Notes: a model not told the origin generated them from the sequence alone. Numbered from the whole stretch's first letter, positions 37,546 through 53,105 are shown. The stretch: 63,923 nucleotides of DNA, filler included, from Sluysia triapertura (GCA_046118255.1; 5 parts of 5 records of this genome joined end to end with filler, not necessarily neighbours in it); one strand, 5' to 3'. Program-made: numbers and translations.

Positions 37546-40500
37546 ATGTACATTTTATGTACTTACGTTATATTCACATGACATATATGTAGAGCTAATT
37601 TTATTGTTAATTTTCATTTTGATGTATTATATACATTTGATCATTAATAAATTATGCTTTATGTATCAAAACTGCATTTTTGTTCAGATTTTTAACACAA
37701 CAACGAGTGAACGGGTTAATTTATCGCGATAATTTATAAAATATTACTAACTACTAAATAATTTTGTGTAAAATTAATATTATTAACATCAATAGTCGTG
37801 ACAAAACGGTAATAATAATGGTAGTGCGCAAAAAAATATCAAGTGGTAACAAAAATTAATGGCAGTATGTAAAATTGTAGAATTAAAAATAAAATTAACC
37901 GAGGCACAACAATAATAGTTTAATAGATTAATATTTGCCATTGTTTAGCTAAAATAAGCTAATAAAAATTAGAATACTGGTTAAGTTATTACAAAATAAA
38001 CAGCATTTAATGAAAGTAAATGGCCAAACAACAAAAATTAGCTATAGAAAAAAATTACTGTAGAGTTATTATAGAATGGAATAATTGGCTAAATAAATTG
38101 GCAGGAAAACTGCTGTATCAGTGTTTATCATTGTAAGCCTTAACAGTTATTAAGTGATCATTATAGTAGTACCTGCTGAATTGAGAAAGTCTATTTAGAC
38201 ACCTGATATATTTGGATATTTATCGCCTGGTATTAATGATTGGTATAATATTCAAGGTAAAAATGAATCTGTAAAATGAAATAAAAGTTACTTCTTAAAA
38301 TCTACTGAGTTTAATTAGGTGTACTCATTTTTATCTTTTGAAATTCATTTGTCACCCATTTATTTTATTGTCCTGAATGAACTTTATTTTAACTTTGAAT
38401 TAAGACTGAAAAGAGGATTCAAATAAAATAGTGCACCTCTATCTCTTATATCAGAGACGAGTTCCAGATAAGATTAATAAATAAACAGAGATTAATAAAT
38501 TGATATTTTAACATAACGAGTTAATAAACTAAAGTGAATTTATACGACGAATATTTTCTAATTATACTGTTAAATAAATTTACTAAACATATTACTCTTA
38601 CCTAATATATTTACTAATATTGGTTAATTTATTTACAAAGTTAATAGAACAACCTAATGCTAATTTAAAACAGTAAATTGTATCTATCTAACAAGTTATA
38701 TCCATTGGTTATTAAAATTGTTATAACATATTTTAAATGATAGTACATACAAACCAAATATATTACAATAACACAAATTGGCCAAATACAAATATGTGGA
38801 ATATAATTAAAATATACTTTATCATAAAATAATTATGGCTGAATAACGTGATTAATTTATTAGATAAATTAATCAACCTTGAAACTATACAAAAATAAAA
38901 GCAACTCAGCGATTACAGAGATTTGTTGCATAGAATATTTTGATCCAGAACAATTCGATTTTAAAGAATTTTTAATCGAAAAAAACCTAACTTTAAAAAT
39001 TTCATTGATAATGTACTTATTTTTAATTTTTTAATTATCTTCAAATTTTGTAGTACAAAATGTTCGTAATATCAGAGCTAAAATATTTCAAAATTCGTAT
39101 TAAAATTTGTATAAATTTGAAAATTATGCTCGAATCTAGTGTGGTTTATTTTATTCTACTAGTTTGTAATAATCACTCCTACACTTTTATTGTTCTTAAT
39201 AAATTCTAACTAGCCAAGGCTTATTTTATTGTAGACTAGAAAGAATTCAAATTAGGAGAATGAAAATAAAAGCACTTCTATCTCTTATATCGGAGACTAG
39301 TAATACTTCAAAATAAAATAATTAAATCCAAAATTTAACAATACAAGAAATTTTGAATTACTATCAACAAAAGTTTATCGAATTCACATATCACAATAAT
39401 ACATTAATTTATATTACGCTAATATCTACTGCAAAATAAATATCAAAAGAGCTTAAAATAAATCATTCATTTTAATATTTAAGAACTTTGCCGTTTTAAA
39501 TATTTCATAATCTTTCAGTAATTTGACATTACCTTGTAGTTGGTTTGAAACAAACGTTATACAACCTATCACCTAGTTTATCCCTGTAGATTCTGTATAA
39601 ATTATTACATCTTAATGACATTCATTTTCTTTCTGAATTTTTTTATCTAAGAGATATTCATGACTTTCATAATGTAACATTTGTAAATTATTGTCATGAT
39701 TTTGAATTCTACTCTTACTTTTATTGTAAACCAATTTAATTCTTTGATGCTGTGGCTTTTCTTAATACTAAACCTACGCCAAAATAAAATTGAGCAGGGC
39801 CCGCTACAGTAAGCGTCTTACAAGTAATAGTTGGCACCTCTATAACTTATAAGTGAAAAATCTTACTTTACTTGCTTGCTCTTAACACGTTTAGAGGATC
39901 TTAAAATATCACAATGAATAAAAACTCAATTAAATCCGTGAAATTTATTAAATTAATTATACAAATGTTATATTACAAGTTAAGATACAATAAAAGATAA
40001 AAAGTGAAATGTATGGTATGTATAAATTAAGTATAAAATTTCCCATCAATATATCGGGGTCATTACTAAAAATTGATTTTAAGTGTATTTTAGGATTTTG
40101 ATTTTAGTAAATCAAAAGCCGCCTTAATAATAAAATAATTTACTCTTTCATGGATCTGATGATAAAATCCTTTGACGAAGCTGTTGGATTGTGATCGCAC
40201 TTGACCAAAAATTTTCCGAAAATGGTTTCCTGATTGAAATAATTACAACGATCATAGCTGAATTGAATGACTGATATTTGAAGTGACTAATTAAATGACT
40301 GACTATTTAAAGTGGCGATTTTCATTAAACTGATGCTAGTTTATGTACCAGTCATCAGCCAATGAAAATCGATGAAATGTTCTAGAACATTCTAGAAGAT
40401 TCTAATCTATTTATTTATTTTGGAAAATAAAATTTATTTTTTGGTGTTTTCTGACACCTATAAATAATTTTAAAACATTTTTTGAGATTTTAAAGGGTGC

Positions 40501-41038
40501 GATCTTCTTCTAACTTGGAATTGACTACAATATGCCATTGTAAAAATGTTATTAGTTATCAATGAATGAACAATTAGTTTAACATTGCTTTATTATTAAA
40601 TTTTCGAATAATTGATATTTACATATTTTAACAATAGAATCTATATTTTCTTCCATGTTCATTTTCGAATTCATAAAGTAGCTCATATTTTAATTATCAT
40701 TTTTTTCAGTTATAAGTTTAATGGTGGCAAGTATACATATTGAGATACCATATTGTGATTGGACACTCAATCAAATTTGATTAAGTGACCAATCAGCAGG
40801 CTCTTCATACGTTGTATTTATGTATTTTGATTTCATTAGTAGTCACCCAATCATTTTTATTTTTTCGTACATAAAGTGGTGTTCATGTGCTTGACATAAG
40901 TATCGTTCATTTGTGTGCCAATACGTAACATTGGTAAACCATATTATAATTGAGATTAGACCATTTAAAAACTCTAGTAACAAACTAACAAATTAATAAT
41001 TACGATTAGTAAAATTAAAAAGCAATAATTAATAACAA

Positions 41039-42015
41039 TTGTTTGATCATTTTTTAGGAATAACTGTTATTACAGAACTTGAAATCGTTTCAAACCTATT
41101 TTTAATATTATTTACATCAAATTTAATTTTTTGTATGCAACAACCGGATCTAAAAGATTCAAGTAACATCAAGTATGATAAAGTTGTCCAAGTATTGTTA
41201 TCAAACGGTCGTAAACACTTATTACAAAATAATTCTTATCGAGATCTACCACAATTTACTGGCTTCGGACTAACTTTCAGTGTTCCTCATATGTATGCTA
41301 CGATCTTGAACCAAATAGCACCAAAATTTACATCGGGTGTAAACTTGTTTCATTTTGATTTATATAGTGAATATTCAACAGCTTATCTTACAAAAACAAA
41401 ATTAAACCATTTTAAAACTATTTTCGCTTAAAGTAAACAATATGAAATCCATGATCTCTGAACACGTGGTTTTGTATGAAATTTCGTTAAAAATGTTAGT
41501 AAACAAACATTCCAATCATTTTGCATCGATAACTCTAAAATAATTATAAAACTTATCATAAATAGTGAATTCACTGCATTTATTGATATTTGTTCATCTT
41601 AAAACAAACACAGGATATGTGGCTAGTAGAAAATTCACTCAATTGTTTCATGATTGTCAAATAAAGTTATTCATTAATAACTATCTCAAAGTCTCTTATA
41701 ACATTCTGACAAGAATTGATGAACATATGAAGTTCATCATAATGAATAATGATATGATACAATCGGTTCAACAAAAATTAAATTTAAAACTAATAATGAT
41801 CTTCAAACTAGTAATTATCATTCCCGTTATGTTAAATCCGGCACATGTCTACAACTACTATGTGCCGGATTCGGCACAAACTGTAATTATGCACATGATG
41901 CATTCGAAATTGAAGATGTTTTCGGTTTGGATTCACAATTTATCAATCATCATCGCAGAATCCGTGATTTAATACTATCTGTGGCATCATATTCAGTCTA
42001 TACTAACGAATACAA
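41039..42015 (+). pseudogene. Decayed CCCH zinc-finger protein fragment
   Basis: A frame not shown in the ORF track gives KSGTCLQLLCAGFGTNCNYAHDAFEIE (41834-41915), a CCCH finger pattern. The surrounding coding-like DNA has stops and frameshifts. Confidence 0.45.
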
Positions 42016-42349
42016 CATTAAAGTAATTTTGATTTACATTTCTTGTGATCCTATTATTCTCGAATTATGTGTTTATACTCTTTTAATTTATTTAGGATTT
42101 TTATAATACCAACTCCGAGGTATACAGGAAACAAGTAATGCAAAACAAAATTTGATTTTAAATGTTTGAGACTGAGAAAATAAAGTTATTATCTTATTTT
42201 TATTTCAAGAATAATAACGTAAATGATAATTTAAGTTAATGTAATAATTTTGTATTTTTCGCAATTTTTATAATGTTATACAAAAATAATTTAATTAAAT
42301 TAATAAAGTTGTCTAATAGATATCAATTAATTAACATTTATAAAAGAAA

Positions 42350-43150
42350 ATACCAACACAGGCATATACATGGTATTTAAAATCATATGATTCTATGATT
42401 CTATGTTTCACATATGCATTCTTATAAGTATGATTCAAAACATTTTATTGTGCTAAACGAGATCACAAAGTACTATGTTATGATCTACTGCATCAAAAGC
42501 AGCAGACACATCTAACAAAACCATACAAAACCATATAACATATATTTACTGCGATTAAAATAATTTAAGATATAATTTATTCTTAAGATAGCTGTTTCTG
42601 TTGAACAAGCTCTATAGGCAGACTGATACATTGTTAGAAGTTTATTTTTATCTAAGAACCTTGGCAATTGTTGCTAAACTGCATTTTCAATCAATTTTTG
42701 ATTATATTTCGTACAATTCTGTAATTATTTAAAAATAACGGATCATCATGGTTCAGACGAGGTAATAGAACGGATATTTTATCTTGATGGAAATGTTAGA
42801 CTATATAATGAATTATTAGTAATTTTCAATAAAACCGGATTAACTGTGGTCAAAATTGAATTATTTTTTATAAATTTGGTTGGTAACGGGTCAATAGAAC
42901 TTATTTTGACATTTCTGACATAATCTGCATTAAATCATCTTCATTAATTTTTGAAATTTCAAATTCATTTATGTTCTTATGAATTTCTAATATAATATTT
43001 GATTTATTGTTATTTCGATATAAATTTAAAATGTCATTTGACGCAATTTTATCATTTTATAAATGATTTTCATTTTGTTTACCAATTAATTCATTTAGTA
43101 ATTTATAAACATTTTAATATTTTATTTATTGTTTCTAAGCGATTCATTAT
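42350..43150 (-). mobile_element. L2/CR1-clade LINE reverse-transcriptase remnant
   Basis: SSIDPLPTKFIK..ITNNSL..FP..LNNYRIV..KLIENAV..YQSAYRACSTETAILRI..VLLDVSAAFDAVDH, with stops and frameshifts. Confidence 0.9.
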
Positions 43151-44744
43151 AAGCAATTCAACTTTTTCTTTCTAATAGCTTGAAATAGGATATTGCGAGA
43201 TTTTACATTTCTTTGTTTCATCAATTTTTTACTTTTCCATTTCATTTCTTTATATAGCTTTATTCTTCGTAGCTCAATAAATACGGAATTCAACCAAAAT
43301 TTCTCATCTAAATAAATGAATATTCACCTGTAAAATTTATTATTTCTTTAAATTTTCTAAATTATTCCCTCATTTATGAGTTGTAAATTTTATGCGGTTC
43401 ATTAAAATAAAATTAAATTTTTACAAAAAGTAATTGATACTAATGCTTTATATAGTTGATAAATAATTATATAATATAATTATAATTATATAATTATATA
43501 TATGATTATATAACTATAATAACTGAATTGATAAATATTTAACTTTATGTAATAAAACAGCCACTATGAAAAAATAAATGAATGAAATTTGGTAAGATTC
43601 TAGAAGTGAAACTACTAATTCGAAATGTAATACGTTATATGGATTCAAAAGTAAACAAAGAATAAAATCTTGATTGTATTAGCAAAGTGTAAATTCTATT
43701 TAAAGAGTATATCAAATATTAAAAATTTATTAATGATTAATTGCGCATTTAATGATTTCGTATACTCAATTTCATAAAAACGTACTGAAATGGACATTAG
43801 TATTAAATCAATCAGTTGTCAAAAACAATTTTTCAATTAAAAAATCTATATTGTATTGGTTATCGATATAAGCAAGATTAGAATTCAATACATTGACGAT
43901 AATATATATGTTCGTATGTTATGAATGTTCAAAAGTGTCAAATGAAAAGATGACTAAAATAAAAACAAATTCTTCAAATATAGTTGATTATATATCAAGA
44001 TATCTTAGGTTCGAATACTGCTTAGTCCATTTTACGATATCTAATAATATTATGGCTACTTTTCTTGCAAAAACAAATGAAAGGATATTTACAACTAACT
44101 CATTTTATATCAATTTAACAAATATATAATATTAAAAGTTCCAAAAATATAATACCGAGAATTTAGTGATAACCGAGAAGCGCTTTAGAAATGTAATTAA
44201 TACAAAATTATAGAATGCCAAATTATTTTTACAAATGTATAATATTGTTCCAATGCTGTTACTTTAATGCGTTATTTTTCGTTAATAAATGCTGATCGAA
44301 TATACAGGGTTTGGAAAAATTATCAAAAATTATATTAATAAAAAAATTATTATAGTTAAAATCGAAAAATGATACATTAAAATTACAGTTGTATTAAGTA
44401 AGTTATTAAGCATTATTTTACTAATAAATGTACCATGATAAAAAGTGCTTCACAATATATTCAATACATGTATGAATCTCGACTGCAATACCTTTAAATC
44501 TTTTTGATGCATTCCCATATTAATTCAAAAAAATTTAAAAAATTGTTTTTGGCAATATTGTTTTAAAAAATTCAAAATGAAATAGAAAATTATCAATAAA
44601 TTATTTTCATTCCAGACTTTCATTTATTTACTGTACATTAATAAAAAAATATCACTAAAAAGAAATATACTCCATGAAAAACTTGACAAAATACTTAGAC
44701 GGCATCTTGCAATAAATTAATTTTACAATTAACATAAAACGCAC

Positions 44745-46760
44745 CTTGGAAATACATTACTATCATTTGTTCCAGTATTATCATATTTGACTTCAGATAG
44801 TAACTTAAAAAGTGATTCCATTTGATTGACCAAATTTGCTGTATTTAAGGCAAATGGATTACTGAATGCTGATGATGTTATTGCATTATTACCAAAATTA
44901 TTGCTACCAATTGCCCCATTATTGGTTGCCGATCCAGAAGTTGTCATAAATTTATTCACAACATTATCATCAAGTACGTCATCATTATCATTGTCATTGT
45001 CATCTAAAGTTAAATTATTCACAATATTAAAATTTTATAAACCTAGTGAATAACCAAGTTTAGATGAATTTAAGCCCGATATATTGTTTTTTGTTAATGA
45101 TAACATTTGCTGATGAGCCCGTTCTTTAGCTAAATTGTTACATAAGTTATAAAAAATAGTAAATAATTTAATTATATATTTAAGTAAAAATATTAAAAAA
45201 TTTGCTCGTCATTACCTAAAGAATCTCAACAATCATATTTGACCACTGGTACTTATAAGTTTACTCAGCATTTAGTTACTTACAAAATGATTAAATAAAA
45301 AATTATTAAAACAATTTACTTTCAATTATTTAAAATCAAACTAAAGCAACTAATTATATATCTCTAGTGTTCAAATGATTATATGATTAAGATACTTACA
45401 TTTTATTATTAACAAACTTTTTGCTTTTAAACATTATAAATGGGTTTGTTTATAAAAATAACATAAAATTCGGAATTTCTTAATTTTCTGTCTTCATTTT
45501 ACTCAATAAAGATATTTAAGTCTATCTGTTACATAATTTGCAATATATCGCATTTTGTATGTGAGTATCAGCAAAAAATTTTACTATGATAATATGCGAA
45601 GTATAATGCGTATGTAGTTGTATAAAGTAACGACTCAAACCTCTAGAATAAATTTGTACCAAATTAATAAAAGTATATCAAAAAAGGCTTTGGCTTAAGC
45701 TAAGAAAATAAAAATGAAGAGAAGTAACAAATATATACAAAATTAAAAAAACTAGATGAATTAAATTTATTAATAAAAAATAAAATTTAGAAATGCAATA
45801 ATTACCTTACGAATTCATTTCTTTAAATTATCAAAATATAAAAGATTGTTAATTACTTATAAAAAGGTTACCTTTAAAGATTATATTTTGATCTGGCAGC
45901 ACGACAATTTTTAGTATCATACTATTTAAAATTAAGTTATTGTATCAAAATTTACTAGTTTGATGTTTTTAATACTACTGCATAAGATGCAAGTTTATTT
46001 TATTGATACTAAGTAACCAAAATGAATCTTAAGCATTCTGAAATTATGGTATCAATTTTCGCATATTTTGCTTAATTAAAATTCTCATACATTTTTATAT
46101 TAAAAAAATAAAATGTGTACAATATAGGAAATAATTTTTGAATCAACAAAAATCAAAACTATAATTTTTAAATACTTATTATTTAAAAACTTAATATTTG
46201 AATAACTAAAAAATTAAAATTAAGATACTCAATTTAAACAAAAACTAATTTAGATATACAAATTACATGCATAAATATATTCAATGTATTACCTTGTTTT
46301 AGCTGAGCCAATTTTTGTTTCATAATTCGTTTTTCTTCCAGTAATCGCAAAATCTCTTGCTTTTCCAACTCAGTTTGTTTCTTTAATTGATCAATTGATC
46401 TATCTTTAGTTGTATTACCCACTGACATTATATTATTATTGTATTCAAGTCCCACCTCCATAGATTCATCCTGATCTTTTTCATGACAACTATTTTCGTC
46501 ATCATCATTACCTTCTTCCACTTCTTCATCAATTGATTCATCATTTTCTTCAACATCAGTTTCATTATTTTTGGATGCTATCTTTTTGTTGGGTTGTTCA
46601 TCAACAAAATTACTGCAACCAGAAGCACCGTTTTGATTATCATGCTCAGTTGTAATATTGTTTTGATTAACTAAGTCAACATTTTCTTCATCCAAATTAC
46701 CATTACTATTATTATTCCTTTCACATGTCTTTACACAACTGGATTTTGGCTCTAGATTTT
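44745..46760 (-). CDS. Internal exons (~46760-46293, 45129-~45055, ~45003-44745) of an acidic/Asn-rich coiled-coil protein
   Basis: ORFs 46234-46695 and 44729-45022 join through phase-1 GT-AG introns: ..EKQEILRLLEEKRIMKQKLAQLKQ|AKERAHQQMLSL..KL|DDNDNDNDDVL..NQMESLFKLLSEVK. No family recognised. Confidence 0.7.
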
Positions 46761-47591
46761 CTAAAATTATTGTAAAATAAAATTTTAAACATTTTTACTA
46801 TTAACATTTTGTAAAATAACGCTTATTTTTACTATAAAAATAATGTAAAAATAATTTAAAAAAAAATAAAAATGTTAAAATAATTATCATTCATGTGTTA
46901 TGATAATTTTAAAATAAAAATAATTCCAAAATAATGATAAAATAATTTAAAAAATATAATACGCAAAAATTACTGAGATTATAATGTATCAATTTAAAAT
47001 GTTATTACATACAGTTAATATAATTCAAAATTTAGTGACAAATAACAATCAAATTTAAATTGAAATTGTACAAATCATTTTAAAGTAAGATTCAATAAAG
47101 GCAATATGAAATTAACATTTATAAACCTCACTATATAGTTAATAGAAACACTTTAAAATAAAAATAAATAACAATAATATAAAATCAAACTTTAAGAGCA
47201 TAAAACTCGATCAAAATTATCTTAAAAACATGATATGTAATACTATAATATGTAAGTTAAAATTATATTAAATTGAGATCGAATAGAACTAGTATTTAAT
47301 TAAAAATTAATAACATTATTCTCGAGCAAAATAAACTTAAATTAAATATTTGATAGTATAGACAGAATTATGTGTAATCAAATTTAAGAGCACTATAATC
47401 GAGTAAAATCATCTTAAATTATGACTGAATCTTAAATTATGATTATTTAGTAGTTATATACCTAATAATAATTATAATTTATTCTAACGATGAAATAATT
47501 TTGTGTTAATTTTATAGTAACTGGAAATAATTAATTTTATTGTGATTATTATTGAATAATTATGTATGTAATAATTATGATTTATTGTAAC

Positions 47592-47685
47592 TGTAAATAA
47601 TATAAACTTAGAATTTTGTAATGTAAATAATATAAATTTAGTTTTGATAATGTAAATAATAGTATAAATTTAGTTTTGTAAATTT
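47592..47685. repeat. ~29-nt minisatellite, about 3 units
   Basis: gtaaataatataaa(c/t)ttag..tt..taat repeated three times. Confidence 0.6.
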
Positions 47686-48289
47686 AAGCTTTATATTATA
47701 AATTTAATTTTATATATTCAAATATGACAAATTCAGATATTTAACTTTCAAAATTTAAAGTAATTATAGAAAAAACACTAGTAATTAATTTAATTAATCG
47801 TTAATTATGGATAATTTATCTTAAATCATTTAGAAAAGACCTAACTAATTATGAATAATTTATCTCTAATTGTGTTAATTAATCATACATAATTTGATTA
47901 TCTCAGTTTATAATTATTAATTAATTGTCGCTAATTTGTTAAAAAAATTCGGTAAAGACAAAACGAGTCTAAAATATATATATGTAGACATTTCTTCAAA
48001 CACTATGCAGAACTTGTTAAAATTTTTTATTCTAAGTGAGGAACGTATAATTTTCCTGGAAAAATCTATTGATCGTCGAAGTCATTATATTTCACAACAG
48101 AAAAAGATTAGGAGAGTTTAAACTAATTATTATTGGGAAAATTCATCGATTTTTGGAATTGCCAAGCTTCAAAATTATCTAGACAATACATTCGTTTTTA
48201 TTTGGAATCATTGCATCTATTGATACTTTATAAATGAATAAGTAAGCTAGTTTTTGATAGGTTAGAGCATTTAAAATTTGCTTCAAAAC

Positions 48290-49293
48290 CAACTTAAATT
48301 CATTTTTCATTAAAAAATCCAAGCATTCGCCTTGATCAAAATCATTTTTAAAATCCAATTTATAGTTTGTATTGTCATTAAGCCTGGAGCGCAGTTTAGT
48401 GCAAAATTACCAGCAGTCGAAAAGCTCTTTCAGCTTCTACACCAGTTGGAGGAATGGTTAACAATGCATGATATACCTTTTCTAAATATTTACCCCTAAA
48501 TCCATCATGAAAATACAAGTCTACTTCTCTCTGGATGGTTGTCGATATATCTGATCCAGGAATTGTAGTTGGACTTGTATATATTTTGTTAATAATCGCT
48601 AATTATAATCTTTCCTTAAGTGTAAGTTTCATTTCATCACCATCTTTGCTGTTTCTATACCTTTATCGATTTCTTTTGAATGACTACAAGTATCCGGATA
48701 AAATTTTTCAATGAAATTTACTAAAAAAATGATTAAAATTGAGCTTTTAATCTTTTTCATTTTTGTAATTATTATAATTGTGTAGATACAGTAAAATATC
48801 TTCTATTTCAGTGTGCCTTCCTTCTATCCGTTTCTTTAAAGCAATATATAATTCATACGATAGTTATGTATGTTGTTATTAAAAAGATTAAAAGAACCAT
48901 CAATGTTCAATCATTAATATTAAAACAAATATGAAATTAAAAGTACATAATGATAGCATTGTATAGACGAGTTTTAGTGTGGAATGTTCAAATAAGGAAA
49001 TCCAAATAAATTATCTTTTAAAATTTTTTTAAAGTACAATTTTTTTGCACAAATAAAAATCTAACAGTGAAATTGAAATATATTACCGATCTTAGATCGT
49101 CCTAAACATATATGACGTTCTTAAAACATCATACGAGATATTTCTTCCTTCTTGATCACGCGAAATGTTTTATACAATATAACTAAAATTTCCTTAAAAA
49201 TTTTCTAATACCGAAAAACCAGTATTTTGAAGCTGCGATTACCGGTATTGCGAGATCGAAAAAAGGTCAGGCATCCCGGTACTGGAAACCCTA
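48290..49293 (-). mobile_element. Decayed hAT transposon (second family member)
   Basis: Terminus reads TAGGGTTTCCAGTACCGG on the minus strand from ~49293. Dimerisation domain GFRGKYLEKVYHALLTIPPTGVEAERAFSTAGNF lies at ~48500-48400. Confidence 0.88.
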
Positions 49294-50805
49294 GTTGTGA
49301 TTTTATGGCCAAATTTCGTCTGCACTACATAACTTCATCATTTAATTAGTAATAAATTTGACTTAATAATTAAGCTTCCTCTACTCATCCATTTTTAAGA
49401 TATATTTATATTTTACTTATATTTATCTAAATCTATGCATAATTTTTCAAATTTATTATAGCAATTTTGCATAATTCCATTTCTAAGACAAAATATATAA
49501 TGTAAAATGTAATGTAATATATCGTCACAATTACAATATCAGAAATAATATAAATAAGGTTTCTAAATAAATAAATAAATAAATGATGCCAAATCTAAAA
49601 CAAAAACTTCCAAAAAAATATCGAACATCAACACTACACATGTTACTAATTCAATTATTACAAAAAAAAATAATAAATGCTATAAAAATGAACACAATGA
49701 ATAATAATTTACTTTGTCTTTATAAATAAAATTAAAATTCATATTTTAAATCTCAATTTTATTTACAGCGAGGTATATAGATTATTAATAGAGATCATAA
49801 GACATTTTGATAAACCCGTACATTATTCAAACAAATTATTTAATAATTATATATTTAACGGACGAAAAAATAATTAAAAAATTATTTTTTCACAAAAACA
49901 TCAATTTAGAAATTGAAGTTAGCAAACATTGGTGGGTTCTAAAAATAAATGCAAAATTAATAAAAGCATCTAGTAGATACATTTACGGGTTATCGCTACA
50001 GTAAAAATTATTACATAAATATATACAAAACGACACGATAATAATAATAATAATAATTGGTAACTACATTGTTTACTCAATTCCGTCATCTGGACATTTT
50101 TGAATCGGTGAATTATCTGGTTTTTTATGAAATTGTGAAATAATTAAACCTGAAATTACATTAAATTTTTGTACTTTAAAAAAATGTGCACAAAAAAACA
50201 AAATTCAAATTTAATTTAATCACATATTATCAACTAAATTCATATTCAAAGTTAGGAAAAATTATATTATTCGATTAAAAATTAAATTGAATTTACGAAA
50301 TTATAAAACAGTTCAAAAACTAACTATAATTCGTTCAATCTATACAATACGAAGATCACTCAGACATCCACACTATGATATCTCATTATAGTTCACGCAT
50401 ATATATAGGAGTTGCTTAATTACATGTGTCTCATTAATTTGATACGCAAACCATATGATGAATTAGGTCTGTCAATCTAACAACATTAGCGACCAATAAG
50501 ATTCTTTTCTAATTTTAACAAACATTTCTCACTTTAAAATAACATTTATAGCACTAGATTTCAATTTCTCGTACCTCTTGACACAAGAAAACCACATTAA
50601 ATACCTATTAATTAATTAATTTAATACTTTTTTGCTTCAAAACTTAGTTCAAGGTTTATGAACCTTCACGATTTTATCTAGATTCTAGTTTTCTTGCTTT
50701 ATTCTTGTTGTTTTTTCAATAATTCTTCGTTACATTTATATTTTCACTATAATCTAATGATTATTAAAGTTAATATTATTTTTAAAATTAAAAAATAAAT
50801 ACATC

Positions 50806-51525
50806 CATAACCGAACCAAAAACTTAAATAAAAATTACATATCAAAAACGACAAATGTAATTTCTACTTTTATGTTACCTTCGCTACTATTCATTTCCTT
50901 CTTTGAAATGACTTGTTGCGTCATCTTATTGATTTTGTTCCGACGTCATTGCTTGAATTTTGTTCAGCATGCACTTCTGGACTCCCATTCTTAAAAATGC
51001 AGCGAATGACTTTAGATTCAAGGACTAGGTACAAGCATGGTGAAGAAAGATGGCAGTACCGAGTAAGTAGACTGGCCTAGATGGCCCATTCTTCTTTGAA
51101 GGTTATGTTAATGGTGAACGTTACCTTGATATGAAGACTAAAGTGTTTCCTATTGCTAATGAGTTCCGCCATTTCGGTGATCTTCATTTTCAACAAGATG
51201 GGACACATAAGCACTACACCAAGGATGTTCGACAATGGCTTGATGAAACATTTCCTAGACGTTGGATTGGGTGTCGGATCTATTGGGGCGTTCTAAAGAA
51301 CGCAGTTTATGCTAAAAAGCCTAGGACAATTGATCAATTAAAACAAAGTATTCAGCACGAATGGAACCAAATTTCAAAGAAAACTTGTCAGAAAGTATGT
51401 CGCAGTGTTGTCAAAAGATGTTGTTTTGAAGTTCAAGGTGGAGATTTTGAACATTTGTAAATACTAAATAGATTTATTAAATTTGTCGTTTTTGATATCT
51501 AATTTTTATTTAACTTTGCGGTTAG
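50806..51525 (+). mobile_element. Internally deleted Tc1/mariner element (rosa/maT-like DDD transposase)
   Basis: GPFFFEG.VNGERYLDM, FQQDGTHKHY..VRQWLDETFPRRWIG, WGVLKNAVYAKKPRTIDQLK..GGDFEHL. The WPxxSPDL segment is deleted. A ~40-nt inverted repeat links 50812-50856 and 51481-51525. Confidence 0.9.
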
Positions 51526-52031
51526 TCAAGTTCTAAATGCATCGTTAAAATTAATAAGTAAGAAGTAATAAGTAATATCATTTCAAAGACAATTTTATAG
51601 TGGAGAACGCAGTAAAAAATATCTTCATACACTTTTTCATTACAGAAATTATTACGAAATATTCAAAATTTTCAACAAACACAAATAGTGTTTAGAAAAC
51701 GAAATTTATATTAATAAATTTTATGTTAGACAAAATTAATTAATTAATTAATATATTTTCTATTTTTAATATTTTGTTTTTCTGTTCTCAAAATTTATAA
51801 TTTTATAAATTTATAATGCAAATACATTTTTTAAAAAATTCAATTTTGTGCATTTAATTTCACTGATGTCACACATCATTCTTTTTAACATTTAACCAAA
51901 TTATCCTTTACATTTGCTATTTAATTGAACATTGATTATTTTTGTTTTCCTCGATTAACTGTCACTCTTTATTATGACTAATTTAAAACAACGTTTAATG
52001 AAAATAAATTAGTAAATAATAATTTATTTAA

Positions 52032-52611
52032 CACTTTAACTACGAGGCTTATTTATTATTTTGTTTTAGAACAATATTATAGCAAGAATAAAATTTAAAA
52101 ACTAAATATATTATCTTTTTGTAAGTTGACATCTTCTTGCAATTTGAAGCTATCTCTGTGTCTATTTTTGGTGTAAAATGAAACTTTTAATTTTAAATGG
52201 AGTTTTTCTCAATGTTTCATTTTAATCTCTTAGTATAAATTGTACAGTAAAATCTCCATAAAATGAACTTCTAAAATGTATTATTTTCTCTAACTTGATT
52301 ATTTTTTGTACGGAATAGAAATTCGACTTATGTATAGATGTGTATATTTCTACAACTCATACTTTTGCCTCTAAAATAAAATACATACTATCTTCCATAC
52401 GTAGAATTCCTAATATAAAATTTTCTCAATACTTATTTTAGATATAAAATGAAAATAATTCTTTATAATTAGACCAAATAGTAATAATAAATTATGTCAG
52501 TTTCTATGTCCTATGCGTCTAAATGAAATCAGATATTCATAACATAGTAACGACACCTGTTCCCGAAGCCATTCATCAGATCGTTTATTGACGACAGCCG
52601 CATTTAAAGGG
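52032..52611. mobile_element. piggyBac-type non-autonomous remnant
   Basis: Right end ..gcatttaaaggg|TTAA and candidate left end TTAA|cactttaact. The TIR match is short. Confidence 0.4.
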
Positions 52612-52883
52612 TTAAATAAATAATTTATACAAAATTTGAACTTTAATTTTGTTCGATAGATGTTCAGATTGTCAGTAGTTAAAACATTTCTAAATTTATT
52701 AAATTTAATTGTTGGTTTTAGCACCATAAAACTATCAATTAAAAGATAATTATGTGATACAAATGATTTTTTATATACGATTAAATCGAACAGAGAATGC
52801 ATATTTAATATTAGTCTAAAAATTAACAAAAGTTAATTTGTTAATTAAAAATGTTTAACCTAACAATCCAAGCGATAAAAATC

Positions 52884-52885
<2 letters not shown>

Positions 52886-52938
<53 letters not shown>
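52886..52938. repeat. (ATT)n microsatellite
   Basis: Perfect tandem repeat. Confidence 0.9.
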
Positions 52939-53005
52939 GTTGGGATTAGTAAAGAATAAGGGTTGATAGAAGGGTCAAAACTTAGGACAGCAGTGTCAGT
53001 GGAAC

Positions 53006-53105
53006 NNNNNNNNNNNNNNNNNNNNNNNNNNNNNNNNNNNNNNNNNNNNTTAATTAATTAANNNNNNNNNNNNNNNNNNNNNNNNNNNNNNNNNNNNNNN
53101 NNNNN
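53006..53105. other. Artificial contig spacer
   Basis: N44-TTAATTAATTAA-N44. Confidence 0.98.

Noticed and set aside
38150-38260. Gypsy integrase-like fragment (IIVVPAELRKSI*..PGI)
   Set aside because: One short degenerate motif with no supporting RT, RNase H or LTR evidence.
44826-45053. Plus-strand 75-aa ORF
   Set aside because: Antisense shadow of the minus-strand Asn/Asp-rich exon.
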